IMG/VR virus record: IMGVR_UViG_3300045988_141640
Location: 1-64,000 of that record
Strand: one strand, 5' to 3'
Length of the DNA stretch: 64,000 nt
From: a virus
Shown: in pieces, positions 56,130 through 63,430 of the stretch
Position numbering within the stretch: the first letter of the stretch is position 1
Layout of the letters: each line of letters begins with the position of its first letter
Program-made: the position numbers and the translations under genes
The notes under the pieces: generated by a model
Database searches by the model: none
Told to the model about the DNA's origin: nothing
What the model saw: only the letters and a program-made list of their open reading frames with translations

Positions 56130-57368
56130 ATGTTAGAGAAGATCAGATACCGTTTGGTTTATAACCGACAAAACAAGTTAAATCGACAAGGGACAGCCCT
56201 AGTCCAAATAGAAGCCTATTTGAATCAGAGAAAGGTATATTTTAAAACCAATGTTTATCTAAAGCCGGAGTGTTGGAGTAAGGATGGCGCTCAAGTAATT
56301 AACCATCCGCAATCGAATGAGCTTAACGCAATGCTATACGAGAAGATACTGGAGTTGCAGGCTATAGAACTTAGCTACTGGAAAAGAGGGCTTGAATCAA
56401 ACCTTTCCACGTTAAAGGAGGCTGTAAAAAAGGGAATTAAACCAGTTGTGTCGTTTTTAAAATTTGCAATACAAGCGATAGAGAATTCTGATAGAAAACC
56501 GGGAACCAAGGATAACATGCTGGGCACGGTAGCCACTTTGAAGGAATTTCGGAACGTGATAGAGTTCACAGACATCAATTATACGTTTCTAAAGGAGTTT
56601 GACGCATTTCTTCGCAATAAGGGATTGAAGGTAAACACGGTAGGGAAACACATGAGAATACTTCGTACCTTGGTCAACGAAGCAATAAATGAAGGTTATA
56701 TATTACAGGAGGCATACCCTTTCCGTAAGTTCAAGATCAAGAAAGAGAAGAAGGAGCATAACTTCCTGATGCCCGCAGACTTGGAGAAGCTGGAGAATCT
56801 TGAACTGCCGGACAGGAAGAACAACAGTCGGCACATACTGGACGCATTTCTCTTCTGCTGCTATTGCGGATTGAGATTCTCTGATTTCAAGCAATTGACT
56901 TATAAAAATCTCGTAACAGTTGACGGAAAGGAATGGCTGGTCCTAAACAGCGTCAAAACAGGTGTGAAACTCAATATTCCGCTATATCTGCTGTTTAACG
57001 GGAAGGCTCTGGGTATAATGCGGAAGTACGACAGCATCGAACAACTGGCTGCATTAGGTTGCAATTCGGACACCAATCGGACGTTGCAGAAATTGGGAAG
57101 GATGGCGCGTATCAGCAAGAAATTTACCTACCATACAAGTCGTCATACTTGTGCTACTCTGTTGGTTCACCAAGGCGTTCCGATAACCACCGTCCAAAAA
57201 CTCTTGGGGCATACATCGGTCAAGACAACAGAGATATATTCCGAGGTGTTTGATGAAACGATTATCAAGGATCTGACAAGGGCTAACCAGAAGTATTCTA
57301 AAAGTAGAAATGTAAAACAAAATCAAATAAAATCTCAAAAATACCCGGAAAAATACCTCAGGCAGTAG
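56130..57368 (+). CDS. int: tyrosine recombinase / integrase (IntDOT-like, with N-terminal arm-binding domain)
   Basis: Arg box CGLRFSD, HTSRHTCATLL (HxxR) and LLGHTSVKTTEIYSEV (catalytic Tyr); first ATG at 56130 (track start 56124 is a TTG). Confidence 0.85.
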   Translation: MLEKIRYRLVYNRQNKLNRQGTALVQIEAYLNQRKVYFKTNVYLKPECWSKDGAQVINHPQSNELNAMLYEKILELQAIELSYWKRGLESNLSTLKEAVKKGIKPVVSFLKFAIQAIENSDRKPGTKDNMLGTVATLKEFRNVIEFTDINYTFLKEFDAFLRNKGLKVNTVGKHMRILRTLVNEAINEGYILQEAYPFRKFKIKKEKKEHNFLMPADLEKLENLELPDRKNNSRHILDAFLFCCYCGLRFSDFKQLTYKNLVTVDGKEWLVLNSVKTGVKLNIPLYLLFNGKALGIMRKYDSIEQLAALGCNSDTNRTLQKLGRMARISKKFTYHTSRHTCATLLVHQGVPITTVQKLLGHTSVKTTEIYSEVFDETIIKDLTRANQKYSKSRNVKQNQIKSQKYPEKYLRQ

Positions 57369-57611
57369 AAATCTATAGAGGCTATCTGTTTTATACTTGT
57401 TTTTCCGACTTCAATATATTTATATTCTATTTGTAAATAAAAATGTAAATAATTTACCTTTATTTTTCTATAAATATTTCTTACTGTTCTAGAATTTTTC
57501 CTTATTGTGCTAGAAGTAAAAAATATTGCATTAATAGCAATTTGGTAAGCCTTAACAGTGCGGCATATAAGGGAAGTACATTGCTTCTTTCTATGAGTCC
57601 AGGGTTATAAG

Positions 57612-57655
57612 AACAATCCTCCCCCCCTTACCGTTTATCAGTAAGGGGGATTGTT
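57612..57655. terminator. strong hairpin downstream of the minus-strand gene 57655-57972
   Basis: AACAATCC...CCCCCTTAC pairs with GTAAGGGGGATTGTT. Confidence 0.55.
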
Positions 57656-57972
57656 TATTTCGTTTTCATTAGTTTTTCCTCAAACTCCGCAATGATACAG
57701 TCTGCATCACCGCCATGCACCCAATTATCTAATACGGAAGAGAGAACTTCTGTTGCTTTTTCAACCGAAACATTATCTGTTACTTTGCCACGACACTTAA
57801 ATTCAGTATTTATCACTTCTGATTCAGAAGCTAAACTAATCCAACATAGACACGCGATTCCAAATTCATCCTGACATAAATCACGTAACGAACATTTTGA
57901 ACAATCTTTATGTTTCGTTTCCTTCAATTCATGTAGCACTCCGTCTATTATTATTCCGTTCTTTACTTCCAT
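57655..57972 (-). CDS. hypothetical Cys-rich protein, 105 aa
   Basis: ORF track 57655-58032; start moved to MEVKNG, preceded by AAGGAG. Confidence 0.45.
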   Translation of the reverse strand: MEVKNGIIIDGVLHELKETKHKDCSKCSLRDLCQDEFGIACLCWISLASESEVINTEFKCRGKVTDNVSVEKATEVLSSVLDNWVHGGDADCIIAEFEEKLMKTK

Positions 57973-58063
57973 ATTCAATCTCCTTTCGTTCCAAAATAAA
58001 TAGCACCAAGTATGACAAACGAGCATCCGCAAAGGAATGCAAATATATGACTAACTATCGGGT

Positions 58064-58888
58064 TCATTTTATTCCTTTAAAAATATGACTAATAACATCT
58101 ACTGTCCATCCGTTTCCTAACAGCCCCATGCCTATATGTGGCTGTACCGACTTGGTGTATCCTTCGGGTACGGTCTGTAATCTTTCCGCTTCCGTAATAT
58201 TGGGTGTTCTGAAACCTTTTTCGGAATTACAGTCAGGTGAGTTGAATATCAACGGTGTAAGTGATTTTTTATATCTTCTCAACAGTGATTCGGGGTTCTT
58301 GGCAAACCTGTTCCATGATTCAAGCATACACCATGACTTTTTCTTCTCAACATATCCATCAGTGATGATGTCCTTGAACAGTATTCCCTTGTCCTTCCAT
58401 GCAGGTATTTCCCAGTTGCACCAGTAGTATCTTGCTCTCATTTGTGCGGAAAAATCGGAGCTGTTGATATACACATAGTCTACTCCAAGATGTGACGAAA
58501 TCAAATCAGCCCAATCGGATTTCATCTTCACATTTTCAAGCAGAAACTTTATATTAGGATTGAACTGTCTGATATGGTTCAATATGTTGACATATTCAAA
58601 GAATAATCCCGAACGCTCGCCATCGAAGTTCAGTTTCTCTTTCCCTAACTGTGAAAAATCCTGGCATGGTGTTCCACCAATAAGTAAATCAATATCTTCC
58701 CACTGTATATCCCATTTATTCCAGTTCCTAATATCCCCTAATTCAATTATATCGGGATAATTATCCAGTGCAACTTTGATAGACGGTTCGTTTATTTCGC
58801 TTGCGTAATACTTGTCTACCTTTATGCCTGCTCTTTCCAGTGCAATACGTCCGCAAGCTATCCCGTCACATAAACTCAATACGTTCAT
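58064..58888 (-). CDS. DNA (cytosine-5)-methyltransferase, short form (274 aa)
   Basis: Motif I LSLCDGIACG, motif IV GGTPCQDFS, motif VI LLENV, motif VIII SAQMRAR, motif X GNGWTV. Confidence 0.85.
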   Translation of the reverse strand: MNVLSLCDGIACGRIALERAGIKVDKYYASEINEPSIKVALDNYPDIIELGDIRNWNKWDIQWEDIDLLIGGTPCQDFSQLGKEKLNFDGERSGLFFEYVNILNHIRQFNPNIKFLLENVKMKSDWADLISSHLGVDYVYINSSDFSAQMRARYYWCNWEIPAWKDKGILFKDIITDGYVEKKKSWCMLESWNRFAKNPESLLRRYKKSLTPLIFNSPDCNSEKGFRTPNITEAERLQTVPEGYTKSVQPHIGMGLLGNGWTVDVISHIFKGIK

Positions 58889-58966
58889 AGATATGTTTTT
58901 TTTTAATTTTCAGCAAATATACGACATAAAACCGTATGCAACCAATACGTTTAACTATTTTTTAAT

Positions 58967-58974
58967 TATCTTTG
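58967..58974 (+). promoter_or_regulatory. -7 box TATCTTTG (the divergent partner TATATTTG lies on the minus strand at 58914-58921)
   Basis: TAnnTTTG matches facing 58998 (+) and 58888 (-). Confidence 0.5.
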
Positions 58975-58997
58975 CGATAATAGATAAAATTCATAAT

Positions 58998-59249
58998 ATG
59001 CAGTTTTCCATAGTACCAAAAATAGATGCCGAGATTATGTTTTCGGAAGATGATCTGTCCGTTTTCAGACAATCGACAGACGGTCTGTATTATATGATCC
59101 ATACCGAGAAGGTCATGGAAGTGATGCCTATGACGTTGCCGGATGACGAAACGGAACACCCTTTCCCTTACGACACATACGACACGGGCACAAGAGAGTT
59201 TGAGAAGCTGCTTTTATCTGATGAGTGGGCTAAAACAGACGTGATATGA
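58998..59249 (+). CDS. hypothetical acidic protein, 83 aa
   Basis: ORF track 58812-59249; start moved to MQFSIV, downstream of the promoter box. Confidence 0.45.
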   Translation: MQFSIVPKIDAEIMFSEDDLSVFRQSTDGLYYMIHTEKVMEVMPMTLPDDETEHPFPYDTYDTGTREFEKLLLSDEWAKTDVI

Positions 59250-60979
59250 GAAAGATAGGTTTTTTTAACATAGGAAGGCTTGGACTTGTAAAATCGGCAG
59301 GTACAGGAAAAACCGATATAAACAAGGTGATAGAAAAATGGATACCAAAACACATGGTGTTCTGGTACGATATGTCAAAGCCTGTGGATACATATATTCC
59401 TAGCGTTACCTATGCAAATCCTTTTGTTAATGATGGTGGAAAATTAACTTATGATAATGCTATAAATAAGTGTATAATAACCCATACACCTACAAATAAC
59501 AATAATATTGCATTTTGGCAAATAATTGTAAAACCGTTACAATATGTAGAATCTTATAAAATACGTGTAACAGGATTGCCAACAGGTTTCACCATTAAAG
59601 GAAGGCTTGGATATGATATTCAGATAACATCTGATGGAGAATATGACATACCTGAATACAGGAACAGTAGCACAACAAGCTCATCTTATCCTGGATTTTA
59701 TTTGGCAGGCGATAATGTGAATGATGTGGATTGTAATATTGTGGTAGAAGAAATACCTACAAAACAATCCGTTCCCACAAACGAGATACTAAAAGCCAAT
59801 CCATACCTGCAAGACCATAGCGGAAACAACAGGCCGCTGAAACTTAACAATTTCCTGTTCGCTGCAATGAGCGGTGTGGGTGGGTATGACATTTCTAGCA
59901 CCAATATTCTACCCGATAGAGCAAATGCTACTGTTACGGATAACAGGGTTATACATATTACTAAGAAACTATCCACCACAGATAACATGGTAAACATAGT
60001 TCCGTCAAATTCCAATCCTACACATAGATTTAAGGTTACAGGACTTTCTGATGGTAGGCAGGTTAGTTTGGTAAACAGAAATGGCGGATTTTATACTTTT
60101 GACAACGGGGAACATGAAGTTACATTGACTTATCCCGAAGGAACCACTTCATTGTATAACGCCATAGGAGTTACAGGGGATATAGGAGATATGGACGTAA
60201 CAATAGAGTTCCTGCCTAAATATCCCAACGCCCTAGTGACAGACGGAGTGGATGATTACGGTGTTGTGGAGAACTTGCAGCAGGGCGTTAAGGTGTTGTT
60301 TGTAACTATCAATCCGTTTGTTGATGGAAAGTTTATCTATGACCAAAGACTGAATACTACTGAACCTTGGCTGTTTGCCGTATTCAATGACAAAGGTAGT
60401 ATTGCTTATAATAGTAGGAACTCAAACGGCAAGACCTATATTGATGGAACACTGAATGAATCTACAATAGTTTCCGCTTTATTAAACAAAAAGCAAATAA
60501 TCACCATAGTAAACAATGATGTGACAGGTGATAAAACTAAAACTCCTGTATTCTTTAGCAATACTGACCATGATAGCGGATGGATTAGTTCAGCTTTCTA
60601 CAACTCCTTCGGGTTCGATTCCGTCCCCACCAAACAGAATGACGGATTCACCGAGCAGGATTTGATTGACTACTATATACCGAAGGCTATCGTAACGATA
60701 ACGGTGGTGGACGTATCAGGCTCACCCATACAGGATGCAACGGTCACGGTGGAAGGTATACAGTACAAAACATTGTCTGACGGTACGGTAAAAGTACGGG
60801 GTATGGCAAATAGCACAATGTCGCTGTCTGTAAAGAAAGACGGGTATATGCCGTTTTCTGACAACTCGTGGAAGTTTGCCGATTCAAGGATAACGCTAGA
60901 GGTGCTTAGGAATACCGTAATTACCGAAAATGGATACAGCATATTGCTTGAAAACGATGGTTTAATATTAACGGAATAA
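59246..60979 (+). CDS. tail-fibre-like protein with a C-terminal carboxypeptidase-regulatory-like beta-sandwich, 577 aa
   Basis: ITVVDVSGSPIQDATVTVEGIQYKTLSDGTVKV pattern; ATGA overlap with the upstream gene; lies upstream of the DGR target. Confidence 0.4.
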   Translation: MRKIGFFNIGRLGLVKSAGTGKTDINKVIEKWIPKHMVFWYDMSKPVDTYIPSVTYANPFVNDGGKLTYDNAINKCIITHTPTNNNNIAFWQIIVKPLQYVESYKIRVTGLPTGFTIKGRLGYDIQITSDGEYDIPEYRNSSTTSSSYPGFYLAGDNVNDVDCNIVVEEIPTKQSVPTNEILKANPYLQDHSGNNRPLKLNNFLFAAMSGVGGYDISSTNILPDRANATVTDNRVIHITKKLSTTDNMVNIVPSNSNPTHRFKVTGLSDGRQVSLVNRNGGFYTFDNGEHEVTLTYPEGTTSLYNAIGVTGDIGDMDVTIEFLPKYPNALVTDGVDDYGVVENLQQGVKVLFVTINPFVDGKFIYDQRLNTTEPWLFAVFNDKGSIAYNSRNSNGKTYIDGTLNESTIVSALLNKKQIITIVNNDVTGDKTKTPVFFSNTDHDSGWISSAFYNSFGFDSVPTKQNDGFTEQDLIDYYIPKAIVTITVVDVSGSPIQDATVTVEGIQYKTLSDGTVKVRGMANSTMSLSVKKDGYMPFSDNSWKFADSRITLEVLRNTVITENGYSILLENDGLILTE

Positions 60980-60983
60980 TATA

Positions 60984-63011
60984 ATGGAAGATAATCTTAA
61001 AATTTCACAGATGCCTCCCGTTGAAACCGCTACGGGAGAAGAGATGATACCATGTGTGACGGGAAGCCCTAAACAGAACAAATCCGTCACGGTGTCCAAG
61101 ATAAGACAGGGTATGGTAAAGGACGAAAGCTATGTGCATACCGACAACAACTTTACTACCCAGTTAAAAACCAAACTTGACGGGATACAGGAAGGCGCAC
61201 AGAAGAATACTGTCATAGGCGTGAAAGGTAATGCCGAACAGTCTTACAGGACGGGTAATGTAAATATAACGAAAGACAATATAGGTCTGTCAAAGGTGGA
61301 CAATACGTCCGATGCGGAAAAGCCCGTATCCACCGCGCAGAAAGCAGCCATAGACAAGAAGGTAGACAAGGTGGACGGCAAGGCGTTATCCACAAACGAC
61401 TTTACCAATGACTACAAAACCCTTCTCGAACAGATAAAGATGCAGCAGGGGAACATATATGGAGTGGAGATGAGAAGAGGGCAGGCAGACCCAGCCTTTC
61501 AGACATGGATAGGAAAGGAAGAGTTCAAGACATCACATCCTATCCTCAACTCTTTCCGTGCGGCAAAGGTAAAGGACGGTAAGGTAGTAGGATTCCTTGA
61601 CCAGACCAATTTCTTCAAAATGGCTGACGGTAGCCCGTCAAATATTGTTATTGACGGAACTGATGTAACAGATGACGGAAGTGACATCATGCTTGTAAAC
61701 ACCAAGCCTTTCTGGATAATCAACGGAGGAACGGATGATACATACGAAAGAAGGCTCGTCAGTGACGCTCCGTTTACATACGGTGGCGATACGGCCATAG
61801 AGATAAAACCGTTCGGAATGAGTATCGGTTACTCCACGATAAAGGATGGGAAGCAGAGATCTATTTTTGACAACACGGTAAAAGGAACAACATCAGCAGG
61901 AAATCTAGGCGTGAACATAATGGAAGGAAATGGATGGCCTACGACAAACGTGTCACGTTTTGATTACGAGAAATACGCTAGGGCAAAGAACCAGGACATC
62001 ACAAAGAACTATCCTTACGCCAATGCGTTCGCCCTTGACCTTGAAGTATGGTGCACGCTTCTGTTCATTAAGTTCAGAACAAAAGACCTGCACGCACAGT
62101 CTGTTTGCGGAAAAGGAATATCATCCAACGATTCAGCCCCCGATGCGTCAAGCTGGGGGAAAATGACAGGCGTCAGATTCAAGAAGGCGGACGGTCAGAC
62201 CTATGTGTATTACAATATGAACGGGCAAGGATTTAAAGCGTCCGAAACAGGAACGACTTACAATTTCTCCCAACTCATAAACAATTACCATCCTTGCATG
62301 AAGATGTTTGAAGCACAGCTTGCCATGTCATACGCAAAAGAACACAGTGTTGCGCCTGATACCGAGTTTGTATATGAAAATACAAAATACAAATATTATA
62401 ATTTTCAAGGTCATAACGGATTGGCTGACGGGGAAATGTCAGGTATCGTAGCCAAGTTTGTCAATGCAACTGTAACTAGCGGATGGAGTATTCCTGACAA
62501 TGCGGCAGTTACAAACCGTGAAATAGAGATATGCTTCACACAGCCTATCATTCGCGGACGTATTGCCGGGTGGGGAGATATATGGATGTGGTACAGTGGG
62601 ATAGATTGTGTCATGCACGATTCTACATCCATAGACATCTATCAGACCTATGACGTGAACAATCTGACTACGGACAATGTAGCCACAGAAAAGAATCCTG
62701 GGGAATCTTACGGTTTTGAGAATACATATGAATTTGTCGGTTCTATGGCTAGAGGTGAAGGATATATAACGAAGAACTTTAAGAACTCTCTTATTGGAGA
62801 GGTCAAGGGAAGCAATCTTCACACGGGGGAATGCCATTACAACTGGTTTATGGGAAATGCAGGTTCGGGTAAGATTGGAAGGTGTGGTGTTTACTTTGGT
62901 GGGTCGAACGGCGACTCTTGTTCTCTGCGGCTTGGTTGTGCGTACTATGCCCCTGAAACTGCGGACACGAGCATCGGTGGCGGCTTTCGTTGTTCAATAA
63001 CCCAAGCCTAA
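60984..63011 (+). CDS. DGR target protein: tail-fibre-like, with a C-terminal variable region
   Basis: Fibre-like N-terminus; the C-terminal ...VYFGGSNGDSCSLRLGCAYYAPETADTSIGGGFRC carries the VR. Confidence 0.8.
   Translation: MEDNLKISQMPPVETATGEEMIPCVTGSPKQNKSVTVSKIRQGMVKDESYVHTDNNFTTQLKTKLDGIQEGAQKNTVIGVKGNAEQSYRTGNVNITKDNIGLSKVDNTSDAEKPVSTAQKAAIDKKVDKVDGKALSTNDFTNDYKTLLEQIKMQQGNIYGVEMRRGQADPAFQTWIGKEEFKTSHPILNSFRAAKVKDGKVVGFLDQTNFFKMADGSPSNIVIDGTDVTDDGSDIMLVNTKPFWIINGGTDDTYERRLVSDAPFTYGGDTAIEIKPFGMSIGYSTIKDGKQRSIFDNTVKGTTSAGNLGVNIMEGNGWPTTNVSRFDYEKYARAKNQDITKNYPYANAFALDLEVWCTLLFIKFRTKDLHAQSVCGKGISSNDSAPDASSWGKMTGVRFKKADGQTYVYYNMNGQGFKASETGTTYNFSQLINNYHPCMKMFEAQLAMSYAKEHSVAPDTEFVYENTKYKYYNFQGHNGLADGEMSGIVAKFVNATVTSGWSIPDNAAVTNREIEICFTQPIIRGRIAGWGDIWMWYSGIDCVMHDSTSIDIYQTYDVNNLTTDNVATEKNPGESYGFENTYEFVGSMARGEGYITKNFKNSLIGEVKGSNLHTGECHYNWFMGNAGSGKIGRCGVYFGGSNGDSCSLRLGCAYYAPETADTSIGGGFRCSITQA
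62884..62990 (+). repeat. DGR variable repeat (VR)
   Basis: Aligns with the TR at 63163-63272: 14 substitutions, all at TR adenines, plus one 3-nt gap. Confidence 0.85.
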
Positions 63012-63031
63012 TTTTTCACAAAGTGAAAAAT
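63011..63031 (+). other. perfect 9-bp hairpin ATTTTTCAC-AAA-GTGAAAAAT immediately 3' of VR and the stop codon
   Basis: Read directly; the position is analogous to the homing-enhancing hairpin/cruciform described for the Bordetella phage DGR. Confidence 0.5.
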
Positions 63032-63068
63032 CCCATTCCCAAAACTTGCAAAATATATTAATTATGTT

Positions 63069-63076
63069 TAAGTTTG
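63069..63076 (+). promoter_or_regulatory. -7 box TAAGTTTG upstream of the TR
   Basis: TAnnTTTG match 87 nt upstream of the TR start. Confidence 0.4.
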
Positions 63077-63162
63077 CATAATAAAAATCTAACCAAATGC
63101 GTCAGCAAAGTGAAATAAGTCTGTCAAAGGCGGTTAGTTGAAAAAAGGCGGTCTGTAGAATG

Positions 63163-63272
63163 GTGGTGTTTACTTTGGTGGTAAGTCGAACAACGACAAT
63201 TGTTCTCTGCGGAATGGTTATGCGAACAATGCCCCTGAAACTGCGAACACGAACATCGGTGGCAGCTAACGT
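63163..63272 (+). repeat. DGR template repeat (TR)
   Basis: 110 nt; AAC/AAT-rich at the positions that differ from the VR. Confidence 0.85.
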
Positions 63273-63430
63273 GCTAAAAAAATTACTGCTATACAGAAGC
63301 CTCGTCAGGAAGATGAAAAATGTCAAGACAACCCATTGTTTGAGGATGGGAACTTATTAGTACATTTACAGTTGTAGGTATATGGAAAGTTAGTTATCTT
63401 TGGCTCAACGGACAAAGAAAAGCACGTAAG

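Noticed and set aside
63102-63360. Small ORFs (74 aa minus, 66 aa plus) overlapping the TR, considered as possible Avd
   Set aside because: They merely read through the template repeat. The plus-strand one is the VR-like frame of the TR itself. Their size and composition do not resemble the basic four-helix-bundle Avd.
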